Under the pieces are notes generated by a model. The model did no database searches, was not told where the DNA came from, and was given only the letters and a program-made list of their open reading frames with translations. Positions 42,676 through 56,197 of a stretch of DNA of 64,000 nt are shown in pieces. The stretch is from Chrysomallon squamiferum (lineage: Eukaryota; Animalia; Mollusca), in contig CM022671.1 of NCBI GenBank assembly GCA_012295275.1, positions 11,594,001-11,658,000 of the forward strand, written 5' to 3'. Made by a program: the position numbers and the translations under genes. How positions within the stretch are numbered: position 1 is the stretch's first letter; every line of letters starts with the position of its first letter.

Positions 42676-44196
42676 ATTTATAATATTAACAAAGTAAAGA
42701 ATATTATATACAATAAAAGAAACTGGCAGCAGAAGAGCATGGAAACCATTTAATGCTGTTCGTTTTTAAAAGACAAGAGGAGATATTTAGTTCAGCTGCA
42801 TCTGTTGTCGTGTCTAACAACGTAACGTGACGTCATTGTTGACAACCACGTTGTTGTTTTACATCCTTGTTGTATTAACGTGGCTCGCCATCCTGCGGTT
42901 AAATGTAACATGTTTTTAAACTGCAGATTGTTGTTGTTGTCGTTAGTGTTATTGTTTCATTTATTCTAAATTTTGCGACCCCGTTTTTTTTTTGTTACTA
43001 TCATTTTTTTTTAAATAAAAAACATTATCAAAATAGCCATGATCGTATATACAGTTATGAAATCGTTCATACTTGACATGAAATATGAAGATTTGCAAAA
43101 CATTTATGTATTTTCAGTGTGTGTCTGTGTGAAATAAAAGAAAACTTCTATTAATTATTCACTCTAGAGGGTCGATGAATTTTTAATTCGAGCAGTTCTG
43201 TCAAAAAGGTTTACTGCTATATTCAGCAAGTCGGTTTAATGTCAGGAAATAAAAGAGACAATGCTCTATGGATCATCTTGTTGATAAGAATTTCTTCAGA
43301 TTTTTGACAGTTTGTAAGACGTCGGCCATGCTGTCTGTGATGTGTGTGGATGTTGGAAGGCTAAACGACACGACAGAATCACTGACACACATCCTGTGTG
43401 ACACAGACTGCTTGAAACCTGTTTATTAATGTTTTCTGGTTGAAGTAATATATAGGCTGCATTTTGTAAAACACATTTATTCATTTATAATGATTTTTAT
43501 TTATAAGTGCAGGCTGATGTATTTCACCGTCTCTATTGTAATAATAACAATAATAACAACAACAGTTATTAGCTGATGTAAACCAACTCGATACGATCTG
43601 TTCAAATTATATACTTATAATTTAATATGTTTTAAAAACATAATACATAATTAAAAATAATCACTAACCATAACAGAACTATATCAAGTAATTAATAAAT
43701 AAAATTAATAAAACCGAATTTCGGGAAGAAACCCGATCGAGACGAAACATAATTTACTGACTGATCAATGGTTGTGATTTGTGTACTTGGTACTCTCCGT
43801 CGTCACTGGGGACGAGCTGATTAATATTTTATTTTATTTCATTCGATCCTGTCAGTTTGCTCAGATTAAATGTCAACTGATCTTACGTCTTCAAATACGA
43901 TCTGTGTTATCATTCCAAGAGCAATGTCTTATCGGTTCGTCTCTCAACTCCAGATCTATAAAGCTGTATCGATCAGGATGGCGGTCTCCAGCTGCTGAAC
44001 TCTGCCGCTTAATCAAGTTCGTTTTGCTTTATTTTGCGGTACATATTATTGATCTGTTGGAGGATATGACAACAAAAGTTGTAAACACCTGTTGATGTAT
44101 ATTTTCATTACCGTACGACAAAATCACGTCGTCGGGAATTAGATACACTTTTGCTTGTCTTCCGCTGCAGCAAAAGGGTGTGGATGTGTGTGTGGG

Positions 44197-44431
44197 TGCG
44201 CATGCGTGTCGCCCGGTGTGCTTTACACTTGCAGCAGACAGGCATTGTCGTGTCTCAGAGAAGAGTGTTAATTAAAAAGTTTTCGTGATCAAACAACGAA
44301 GCAGCACTTTGACCATGATACAGTGGAGCCATACATGCCTGTGTGACGTGATCTTTAGCGACTTTTGGAAGAAGAGTTCCGAAAAGACTGAGAACCCTTA
44401 GAAGCCATGACATTTCCAACATCAACGACAG
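44197..44431 (+). promoter_or_regulatory. Candidate promoter and first exon of a downstream gene
   Basis: CpG-rich patch with NRF1-like TGCGCATGCG (44197-44206), a 28-aa uORF (44315-44401), GCC-ATG at 44407 (MTFPTSTT) and donor CAG|GTAAAT after 44431. No downstream exon was identified. Confidence 0.4.
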
Positions 44432-44577
44432 GTAAATCTTTCACTGTGTTCTCCTTGTGACGTGTATGTGTAAAACTGAATTTTCATTACCCAGCACTAT
44501 CGTAATATCTGTGGTAATACAATTTCATTACAGATTTCTGTCATTATTTATTAAAGTTTGAAATAATATTTCTTCTT

Positions 44578-44612
<35 letters not shown>

Positions 44613-44767
44613 GCTAATATTATTACTACTACTACTAATAAAAGACTTTGTTGTAATTCCTTTCCTCGTTACTGTCTTCTCTATCATTACGATATTCTTT
44701 TTATTTTTAATTTTTAAACAGTTTCTTCCTCTTCTCTTCATACATCGTCGTCATGGTCATCATCTGC

Positions 44768-44817
<50 letters not shown>

Positions 44818-47800
44818 GAGTACTTGAAACGACATAACCTCACTAGACATAATAACGTACTCAGTGTTACATAGCTGTCACTCAGTTAAAAAGCAATATC
44901 AGCGTTCTCTGTGTTATGATGACAGTCTGTAGCCTGCAGGAATTGAGTTCATAAAATAAATTTCAGTCTTGTATTTAATGACCAGTGATTTATACTAACC
45001 TTGGCGCTAGGGTGCATTGAGACTGGAGGAAATTAACAGGAAGCAGTCTACCTGAAGCTAAGGACAATATAACCAGGGTTGTGTGTTGTACAGTAGAGTG
45101 CAAGTGAAAATCGTAGCCAGGTGAATAATCGAAACCTGTGATAAACAGGCACGTATTCGGATACGTATCTGCGTGTACGTGATGCTACATAATTAACAGT
45201 TCCAGTGTCTGCACTAAATGTTTATTTTTAAAAGAAACGAAATGAAAGTAATTGTTTTTGTGTAACTGTATTAAAGTTCTACTGTGGGTTTTTTGAAGAA
45301 AAATGATGTAGCCATTTTCTTTAAAGTCATTGATGTCAAATAACTAATGAACTTGGTAAACTATTTTCGCTGTTCAAACTTTTTGTTGACAGGTAATTAA
45401 ATAAAAACAAAACCTTCGTGTTTTCTTTAAATTCTTTTTAGCTTGGTTAGAATTCGAATTCATCTTACCTTTCTTTGACTAAATGTTAAATATGTAACTT
45501 ATGAGTTATAACAAGTGAAATATGAAGTTAATCGAATTTACAAACGAAATTAAACCATAAGACGCACTCAAAAAATTCTGCTTAAAAATTACTACACTTT
45601 GTCATTATTCTGATAGTAATTCCCTGCCGTATGAAGAAAAATGGAGATGACATTTGCTTTATTGATTTGACCTTTTTAATGTTAGTGCTGTAAAACTTTT
45701 ATTATAAACAGATGTGAATTCCATCTATCAAGAAACATACTGTTAACTGTTATATGTTCATATTTATGATACAAATACAAAATTATCTCAGTTATAATAT
45801 TATTTTCAATCTTATAATTTCTTACAAAACTGTATGTAAATCATCTTGAATGTATTTATTTATTGTTTTTAATTATATTTCTAAGTTCAGACAAAAAATA
45901 CCTATTCTTTTGACGTCACCTCGTTGATAGATTATAGCATTTTTGTCAATTATCTATCCTTCGTCTATTTTTAATCACAAAGAATTTAAATATTACAAGT
46001 AAAGATTTACACTAAAGTGTATTTTATTCTATGTTAAACTAAAATGATTTATAATTTCAGGATCTTTACGTCCAGTTTTGTTTGTTTTTTAAATTAATTT
46101 CTTATCGCTTTTTGTCTGAAGCAAGTGGTGTTCATATTTCTTTCGTCACTAGATTCGAGTAACACTTCTTATACCGACTTGTTCGTTTTCCATTTAGTCA
46201 AATAATTTGTGTTATCTGTGTTTTAAAGTTTATAATAGATATAGTTGATTACCTATTTAATTACACTAAACTGCAGCGGTTGATCAAACCTTTATCTTCA
46301 TGTGATGTATATTTACAAAATTAATAATGCTGGCTGAGGCGATAATCTTTCTGTGGGCCATGATGAGTCTAAAGTGCAATTACTAGCAACTACAAACTGC
46401 TGCTTTGTGCTCATTAAATTCGACAAACTGCTTATTGCTACTGTATATACATTAAATTCTGCTGCGTACCAGAAGTACAGTTTTAATCACAAAAATATCT
46501 CAGCTGTGAATATCTATATTAAATTCTGAAATACATCATCTCCTGTTCTATTGGTAATGGTTGTAGCATATAACTGGCACTGTTAGTTGATGATTCCACT
46601 GTGTCAGTTTAACACTAAGGTAACATTGTGTTTTTGTGTGTCATATTGTGATGTGTCAAATAACATCTACACGTATATAGAAAACTTGGTGCATCCATGC
46701 AGATCTTTGTCGACCCCAGACTACATTTCGTAATACCAGCTTGTATGTATTCTATTGTGTTCATCCACGTTTTCGGAAATTATTGTTACAAAACATATTT
46801 TATACCACAACTGTAACATCTGGCTTAGAACGTCGTTATTATCTAGTTGTTAGCACGTTGGTGTAGGTGTTTGCTAAAAGATAATTAATAGCTGATAAGG
46901 TAACTTCATTTAGATGAGTTACTGGCAGGTGTGCTTTTTTATACCTGTTTTCATTGTTCATCGTGATGACGCTTATAAACACAGATAACTGGAATTTCCA
47001 GGTTAACTGTTGTTTTCAGTTTGCTGATGTTTACGTTTGGAAATTTCTAATACGGTTATTATGTAAGATTTTATTTTTATTTTTTTCATTCTTTTTTCGT
47101 ATTTCTTTCTAATCTGTCATTTACCGCAAATCAATCGGATCTTGCTTATTTATTATATAAGCAATGAAAAGAAGAATCATTCTTCTGTGGAGGAACACTA
47201 AGTACTTGTTTACAGAATTAATAAGTAACAGACAGTGATAATAATTATAGGCATGAATAATAACCAACTTAGCCTTGTGTAAATATAGATTTCCTGAAAT
47301 TTTTACAAACTTGTTTTGTGTGTTTGAAAATTAGTGTTTAGACTTGGGCTGCATCAGAAAGTCAGAATGTGGCAAATAGAAAATATTGTGTTCCCTTCTA
47401 GTGTTGTTGTTTTTTTCAATTTTTTTAAATAGTCAGGAGCATAAATTAAAAATGCAGTAAGCGAAAAATTATTAAAAATAAAATATGCTTTTAGTAATAA
47501 CTAAGTTTTTAAATATATATATATATATATATTTTTTACATTATTATAATATATGTATGTTAGCATATTTACACTATCCATATGTTGCCTGAACCGAATT
47601 TAAAAATATTTTTATTACTTCGTTAAAAAGAACCAGTTCTAATTCTTTGAGGACATAAAACATACATTATTTAGAATTTCTAGAAGGGATTAAAAAGATT
47701 GTGTAATAAATAAAACATTAACATTCTTCTATCAGTTACTGTTTGTGGCTCTGTTTACAAGTTGCGGGGAACCTGGCTGTCAGTGTCTGTCTGTCTGTCC

Positions 47801-48351
47801 ACGCGATAACAATCTCAGAAATAACTGTGTGAGTGAAACACGATTTTACACAATGCTTGAAACAAGCCACATTGTTTAACAGCCTTTTGAATTATGTGTG
47901 AGTTTATACTTGTGTGTGTGTGTACGTGTGTGTACGTGTACGTGTATACACACACACATACATTTATATATATATATATATTTATTCATATACATTGTAT
48001 ATGTGGGTATGGTATTAAAAAACAAACAATTTCCAGTATCCGTCTTTTTAAAATTCATTTAAATCTGTTTGTTATATTTAGATAGAAATACTGAGAGGAT
48101 GTTTTAGGGAAAATTTGGAACTTGTCTTTGTCTTACGTAAACTGCAGAGAGTATTGTTTTATTTCAAGAACATTTGAAACTGACTGTACAATTACATTCT
48201 GCTTCGTAAGCAAATTTAAATGTGTCTGCAATATATTACAAATGCAATTAAATAACGTTTTAAATTTGCAGAATAATGTAAGATAAAAAACTAATCAAAT
48301 TAGTTTTTCTCCATTTTCAAAAGCGATCATTTTTTTAAAAGTTTATATACA

Positions 48352-48386
<35 letters not shown>

Positions 48387-48502
48387 GTCCGTGTGTATGT
48401 GGTTATTTTGTTTAACTCTTGACATAGCTATTAGACAAAGATTCAAATGCTGATATACAGAAAATAGTTTTAATGAGAAACGACCTATTAGTAACCACAC
48501 GT

Positions 48503-48565
<63 letters not shown>

Positions 48566-49284
48566 CATGCATGGTTCCAACGACACATGTATCATCTGCG
48601 TTTTAAATCATAAACAATACTGTAAATAAGTAACATACGTTAAATTAAAGCTGAAAATGATATATATATATAAATTACTTATATGTCATTAATTAAGTCC
48701 ACAATTGATTTTGAAACTTACAAAAAAGACGCATCAGTATCTAGTATTATGTTCTATGGATTTACCTAAAATACACTGCTAATTATTTCATGTATGACGA
48801 CATTCTTCTAAATCCAGATATTAGCTAGAATATTAACTTAATATTAATGTTTTTAATTAAGTGAAATTCAGAGACGTTGTTACATAGACTTCCTTTAACT
48901 TTTATACCCGAGTCACGCCCCCCCCCTCCCAGAGAACAAAAATTAAAATTAACCAGCGAATTAATGTTACCTTTTTATGTGTATCTTTTTTGTTTTGTTC
49001 TTTTTTAGGTTGTTGTTTTGTTTTTCTTTTTATTTAAATTTAAAACAAAAATCTGTAATGGAAATGAACCATTAAAGTATCAGCAGCTACTAAATTTGCT
49101 TTTAACGTATAAAGAAAACAGAGAACAGCGGAGAGCAAATCTGTGGGTGTGGGAACTAAAAGATGTTTTTTTCTCTCTTTTTTTCTCGTCGACCGATATT
49201 TTTCTTCATTTCAATTCAATCATTATCATGTTTCTGAAATTCCAGACCCGCCTCTCAATCTAAGAGATTATCATTGTATTACCT

Positions 49285-49563
49285 CCTTGGGATTAATAAT
49301 TATAGTCGTAATGTGGTCTGTCCCTATAAATAAGGATTATTTTTGATCGCACCAAAAGAAAAATATTTTTATTAGTTACGTGAAATATATTTTGTATAAA
49401 AAATTACTTTCAGTTAAACTATGCGCCATTAACTGCTGTTTCTGTGCAACCATTAACTAATTTCAAGAACGTGAAAAATGACAACGTTGTTTTGTTATTA
49501 TACAGTGTATTTGTATTATCTCAGTTATTTATGTTGCTAAATAGTTTTCACACAGCTAATAAT

Positions 49564-49566
<3 letters not shown>
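49285..49566 (+). repeat. Dispersed repeat family, copy 2, ending in (TC)n
   Basis: Direct copy of ~31311-31590. Confidence 0.9.

Positions 49567-49650
<84 letters not shown>
49567..49650. repeat. (TC)n microsatellite
   Basis: Directly visible. Confidence 0.95.
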
Positions 49651-49653
<3 letters not shown>

Positions 49654-51752
49654 GACACAAAAAGACGCACACTATTGGTATCAAATTTGGTAAGGATAAA
49701 ATGTTCTTATTTTATTTTTTTCTGTTGTAAGATATAATATAAGCATCTTTTTCTCTCTGACGTGTTATAAGAAGACAGATATCATATCACTGTTCAGTTT
49801 AGGATATGTTGTTGTCAAGCAAACAAATAAACAAACATAAAACAAATCATAATAAAAATACTCATACATACACAAAAAAATATATATATATATATAAAAA
49901 AGAGGAAAGAAAACCTCAAAAGAAAAAGAAAATTAAAAAATGTACTGTTCTAATCTTTACCTTGAGAAAATAAATAAATAAATAAATATTATAAAAATAT
50001 ATAATTAATAAATAAATACAAAAAAAGAAAAAGAAAAAGAAATCTGTAATGTTTTCATGTTTTTTTTCTTATTCAACATTACGATGTCTTGAATACATAT
50101 ACTATATTTCAGTATAAATTAAACTGGAAATTCGTGCTTATTACTGTTTTTCTTATTTTGAGATGTACTTGAAGCGTATCAGTCTGAGTGGAATCGTGTA
50201 TTCATCCGTGACTGATTCAGTTTTCCTCTGCAATCCACAACAACAACCAAAAAATAATTCTTCCTCGGATCCAGACTTCTCAGTCAGACAGTTGCGATCG
50301 TGTCAAAATATGTCATAGAAAAATTCTAGAGACGCAGCTCAAATCTGAAATAAATTCTCGTTTCTCTTACAAGACCGAGCACCTCTTACGCCACGAACGT
50401 GCTCAAAATGAAAATTTAGAATCGATGCTCGAGTGCGTCTGACAAGAGTAAAGTGGAATTTCGTGTAGCTGAGCGAAACACACATTCACAAGAGAGTCCC
50501 GAATACGTTCCTTAACTAAATTCCTCGATAATTACATGTCATGTTTTGACGGCTTGCGACCACGGTTAAAATTACCGATGATTTTCCATATCATCACTTT
50601 CATACATATACAACTGCATATGAAAATTTCGTAAAGTGCGTTCTGGGAATTGAATACGCTATATATAATTTCAAGTGTAATAACGATTGAGACGAAATTG
50701 TTGGCTACTGAATTATTCGTGAGGTTAGAAAATACCCAAGAATTTATAGAATGTAAAATCAAATCGCTAAGAGATTTATATTTCTTGAGATTACTTTTGA
50801 AAAAGTATTTTTCTTCTTAAATATTTTATGACCTGCAGTTATCAGTTGATAGCAAGAAATCTTTTTTTATCCACCTTCCCATGGTCAGGAAACCAAAAAG
50901 TTGTGAAATCCATAGGAATGTCTGAGATCAGAGAAATACTGAAATATGTGAACTATGAGCCGGAGAATTAACTCTGGAAATATAGCTATCGATTACACAA
51001 ATATACATAATTAAAACTGGACAGCTATTGATTAAGTAAGCACATTCCTCTTAACTGGAAAAATATTGACGTATGTAATTATAAAAGGATTATTTCTTTA
51101 AAGAACTACTGACATGTGCAGCTGTATATCGCTTTGTTTTAAGAAACACTGAAATTTATTACACTATGGCCTCGGTGAAATGTTAAAACATACAATCATA
51201 TATATCTGTAAAATAATAAAAATAATAAATATTAAATTATGTAAACGCACACAAATGAAATAAGAAATCGTGAATTTATCTAACACGGAAATCTCTGAAT
51301 AACACACATATATATATATATTTTTTTTTAATAGGAACAATATATAACCCATAAACATCTTAATTGGTAAATATTAAGATATGTAATCACATACTCTGAA
51401 ACAGATAAAAATGATATGGAAATACGTAATGATACACACGCTTCCCGTCCCTTTATGGTTTTATCAGACAGGGAAGACGAATTGCTTGGTATTGTATCAT
51501 ACACGAGAGAGAACGTGACTGATATTTTTGAATCAAAATGTTGGCATCGTAATCCCACAGGAATCAAAGAGGAATAAACAGAAATTTAGCGGCAGACATA
51601 TGACAAGTAAAATACATTTGATGAAACTTCTAGACGAGAAAATTGTTCAGCAGTGCAAGTTTGGTATAGACTGTCCGATTGTTTTAGGATTTGCAGAAAC
51701 ATGCATCAAACATTTCACATTCTTACTCTTGAATTTAGTAAACAAATCTTTA

Positions 51753-53059
51753 GGGTAAGATGGGGTAATTCTGGCCATCTTTTCCATTCATCCTCATCTA
51801 CAGCTTCACAGACAAAAGGAAACAACAAAATGGAGTGAATAATGTGTAGTATATGCATTTCTGCTTCAAAATACACAAACACTGCATACGTAGTGTTTAT
51901 ACGTTTGAAATGGGAACCAGGTTAAAAACTGCTGTCAGGGGCCAGATTTGCTCTGTTGATTTGTGGTAAATCTGGCCCCCGCATTCATGATGTATTTTGG
52001 TCCTCACATTTGTTGTACTGATTACTGCTATGTAATCATTGTCAACTACTAATGATAATTAGTACTAATCATAATACAAGTCATATTCAAAACTTCAATA
52101 AACTAAACTCCTTGACAAATATCACACAAGAATACAATATCTTTAAAGTCTGCACCAGCTGGGATTTCGAGGTTTGTGCATGGATGAAGACAATGCCAAT
52201 TTGGGCACCCGTCACGTCCTATGAACTCGTCAGAATTCATGCCATCATCAACTCTGCCACAGAGTTCACATTTTTCTTGGGTATCTACTACATCTCGGTC
52301 TTCTAATTCAGGCTCGTCACCATCATCATTTTGTTTGACGGCATCCACCGGTTCTGCTGTAGCATTCAAATTGAACTGCCGTTTTCACTTTAGTATCTTC
52401 TTCTGGGTTTTTTGCTGTAGTTTTGCCTCTTTGTTTTCTTTGCCTTTTCTTCCTCCTCCTTCTCCTTCTCTTCCAACTCTTCTTCATACCTCTTGACACT
52501 TTCTTCTTCTGTCAGTGTCTCGGCATACCTTATCCTCTTGATTTTATTTGAACTTTGACAAAGTGCCCCACCAGAAAGTCCGTGGACTTTCAATTGTTTC
52601 AAAAATCTTAAATAAAACTCAGAATGGACTGTATCAGTGCCAAAACTATTGTTTTCACCATCACATGTGGGGGCCAGAATTGCTCCAAGTGGTGGAGTAA
52701 AAAAACCATACACTTCTTTCCTAATTACCACATATTAATCAAGGTTCTTCTGCTGATCTTAATAATTGATTATATTTTTACCTGTTATAAGTTACCACTA
52801 AACTTATGTCTATAGGAGTAAAAACATAACACTCACTTTTGAAACCTCAAAATGCACTTTTTTTTACAACCTTGTTGTTTTCACTACTTTCATGGCCACT
52901 ATACTTCACATGTAAATGGCTGATTACCTACATCCTTTGTTCTAAAGAGAGATAGGAAGATTCTATTTATATCAACAAAGTTCCAGAAGCCTGCACAGAA
53001 CAGTATAGTGGCTGTAAGTCATAATATACCTTAGGGGCCAGAATTACCCCACCTTACCC
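51753..53059 (-). mobile_element. Internally deleted pogo/Tc1-mariner superfamily element with 24-bp TIRs, TA flanks and a PHD-finger remnant
   Basis: Left end GGGTAAGATGGGGTAATTCTGGCC and right end GGCCAGAATTACCCCACCTTACCC (1 mismatch), each flanked by TA. The GGGGCCAGA motif recurs internally at ~51938, ~51970 (inverted) and ~52670. Frameshifted minus ORFs encode an E/K-rich coil and KCELC...GCPNWHCLHPC...FLCDIC. Confidence 0.85.
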
Positions 53060-53743
53060 TATATCTTATGAATGTCACTGCAAGCCGAATGTACACTTTC
53101 AGTTATCAGTAGAAATTTAGTTTAAAATAAACATTTGTGTGCGCTCAGTAAATTAAAATTATGTGCAACAAATATTCATTACGTTTTTTAAATTACTATT
53201 ATTTTTAATTTGTTCGATAGTTATATTATTTACTTAGCAAATATTTATATTTAATTCTAGTATACTGCTTTATATTATTTTTATTTAAATTTAAATTGAC
53301 ATATGTTGAATTATTCATATAATGAACTACTTTCGAATCAAATCCAATTACGCGTACTAAACAAATTATAATAATTATTAAAAATAAAGTTTTTACATCC
53401 AGTCACAAAGCACATTGTGATAATTTTTGTCTTATAGTATGAGCTCTGTGATAAAATGCTCACATGATTAAAAAAGTGGTAATGTTTTGTAGAGGACTTG
53501 CCACCCATGAATCACGTGAAACCTGTGTTGCATTCGCCTCGTGTGAACGGGTTGTTGCTTAATGGGAGACCTCTCCTCATCATTTTGCTGTCTTCTTGAC
53601 AAAAGTCCTCCATAACACTAAAAAGATAAGACACTTTAAGTCAAGAAATTAGTATTTCAGATTTGTCAACACACTGTATTCAGACCTTGTGACATGTTTA
53701 CATTATCATAACTCACACATAGCTGTTTAGAACACCGTTAAAA

Positions 53744-53831
53744 GTGTGTGTGTGTGTGTGTGTTTTGTGTTGTCTCTCTCTCTGTGTGTATGTGTGTTTT
53801 GTGTTGTCTCTCTGTGTGTGTGTGTGTGTGT

Positions 53832-53871
<40 letters not shown>

Positions 53872-53913
53872 TTTGTGTTGTCTCTCTGTGTGTGTGTGTG
53901 TTTTGTGTTGTCT

Positions 53914-53950
<37 letters not shown>

Positions 53951-54546
53951 GTGTGTGTGTGTGTGTGTGTGTGTTTTGTGTTGTGTCTGTGTGTGTGTGT
54001 GTGTGTGTTTTGTGTTGTGTGTCTCTGTGTGTGTGTGTGTGTGTGTGTTGTTTTGTGTGTGTGTGTGTGTGTGTTTTGTGTTGTCTCTCTGTGTGTGTGT
54101 GTGTTTTGTGTTGTCTCTCTGTGTGTGTGTGTGTGTGTGTGTATGTTTGTGTTGTCTCTCTCTGTGTGTGTGTGTGTTTTGTGTTGTCTCTCTGTGTGTG
54201 TGTGTTTGTGTTTTGTGTCTGTGTGTTGTGTGTGTGTGTGTTTTGTGTTGTCTCTCTGTGTGTGTGTGTGTGTGTGTTTTTTGTGTTGTCTCTGTGTGTG
54301 TGTGTGTGTGTGTGTGTTTTGTGTTGTCTCTCTGTGTGTGTGTGTGTGTGTGTGTTTTGTGTTGTCTCTCTGTGTGTGTGTGTGTGTGTTTTGTGTTTGT
54401 CTCTCTGTGTGTGTGTGTGTGTGTGTTTGTTTTGTTGTCTGTCTTGTGTGTGTGTGTTTTGTGTTTCTGTGTGTGTGTGTGTGTTTTGTGTTGTCTTGTG
54501 TGTGTTTTGTGTTGTCTCTCTGTGTGTGTGTGTTTGTGTGTCTCTC

Positions 54547-54577
<31 letters not shown>

Positions 54578-55014
54578 TTGTGTGTGTGTGTTTTGTGTGT
54601 GTGTCTCCTGTGTGTGTGTGTGTGTGTTTTGTGTTGTCTCTCTCTCTGTGTGTGTGTGTGTGTGTGTGTATGTTTTTGTGTGTGTGTGTATGTTTTGTGT
54701 GTGTGTGTGTGTGTATGTTTTGTGTGTGTGTGTGTGTATGTTTTGTGTGTGTGTGTGTGTGTGTATGTTTTGTGTGTGTGTGTGTGTATGTTTGTGTGTG
54801 TGTGTGTGTGTGTGTTTTGTGTTGTCTGTGTGTGTGTGTGTGTGTGTGTGTTTTGTGTGTGTCTGTGTGTGTGTGTGTGTGTGTATGTTTTGTGTGTGTG
54901 TGTGTGTGTGTATGTTTGTGTGTGTGTGTGTATGTTTTGTGTGTGTGTGTGTGTTTTGTGTGTGTGTGTGTGTGTGTATGTTTTGTGTGTGTGTGTGTGT
55001 GTGTTTTGTGTTGT

Positions 55015-55052
<38 letters not shown>
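53744..55052. repeat. 1.3-kb complex (TG)n satellite with higher-order units
   Basis: (TG)n runs punctuated by recurring TTTTGTGTTGTCTCTC and GTATGTTTT spacers. Confidence 0.97.
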
Positions 55053-55057
<5 letters not shown>

Positions 55058-56197
55058 CTTAGGTTGCTAGCTAGGTATGTGTTCATACACTTGTGTTCAG
55101 AAATATATAATTCTGTATGTGTTTATTCGTAGGTCCTATTAAATTTTTGTTCAACATTATCACATTTTGCATCAGTTTATCGTTATGTGCATCATTCAGT
55201 TTTTTATTTTGTTTTGTTTTTTAAAATTGTAAATTTTTAAAGGTTTAAATAATCTTTCCAGTTATGTTTGCTATCATTTCTTTGCACCTTACTAAAAACA
55301 TCAATTTTAAGGTGTTTTTTCACATTTTCCATTAATCTGTACATTTATAAAGCAAGCATCCATACGTCTGTCCCGGTTTTTTCGATTTGGTCAAAGCGAG
55401 TGTTCAGAATAACCATGTGTGCATTCCAATACGACATTATACCTCGTAACACGAAATTGATTTTATGCCAGCTTGCATTACAAACTTAAATAATATTTGT
55501 CGAGCGTGCTTTTTTGCTTTTCTTTTTCTCTATTTCTTACTCTCTCTTGTTTTTTCCCGTTTTTTCAATAATAGACCTAAAAAGCCCGCAACACTGAAGC
55601 AGTCTGCTAACAGGCATCTCCTCGCTCTGTTCAATCAACGGTCATTTAGTCTATTTGTCACATTGTGTTATTTGTTCGTATTACTTAAAAGCTCTGAGTG
55701 AGTAGCTCAGTGTATTCACAGCCGGAGCTCTTGTCTTTGTTATTGTCTGTACTGTCCCTGGGGAACGTTCAGCATTCCTCTAGCTCTGACTACTTCTAGT
55801 ATTAAAACATAAATAGTATTTCCATTAGAAGACACGAGATTCGTAATAACAGTTAATGCTTTCATTGCATTTTCAAAAAACATGAAGTTATCATCAAAAT
55901 TCTTGAAAGTTTTGAATGTGCTTATTTCAGCAGTGATAATAAACTAAAAGCATTGAAAACTATCAAGAACTGGAATCACTGATATAAATTCATTATCTTT
56001 ATGTGCCTGCGATTCCTGATAACCGTATTCTATCATTTTATCAGTTGTATGAAAGTCGCTGTCTTCTTGAAAGACTTGTTTTTGGTAAAATTCGCTATTT
56101 TAGTATTTGTAATATATAATAAAGTTATTATTTCCTCATTATCTGTAGCTGCAACTATTTTTTTAGTTTTTGTTCTTACTCTAGAGAGTTAAATCAT

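Noticed and set aside
51400-51752. Protein-like fragments left of the pogo-like element
   Set aside because: Short, interrupted by stops, with no recognisable motif or clear splice sites.
53713-55132. Long ORFs of 438-462 aa (CV- and HT-rich) in several frames
   Set aside because: Artefacts of the (TG)n satellite, which lacks stop codons. The same applies to ORFs at 37493-37943, 40663-40929 and 62971-63568.
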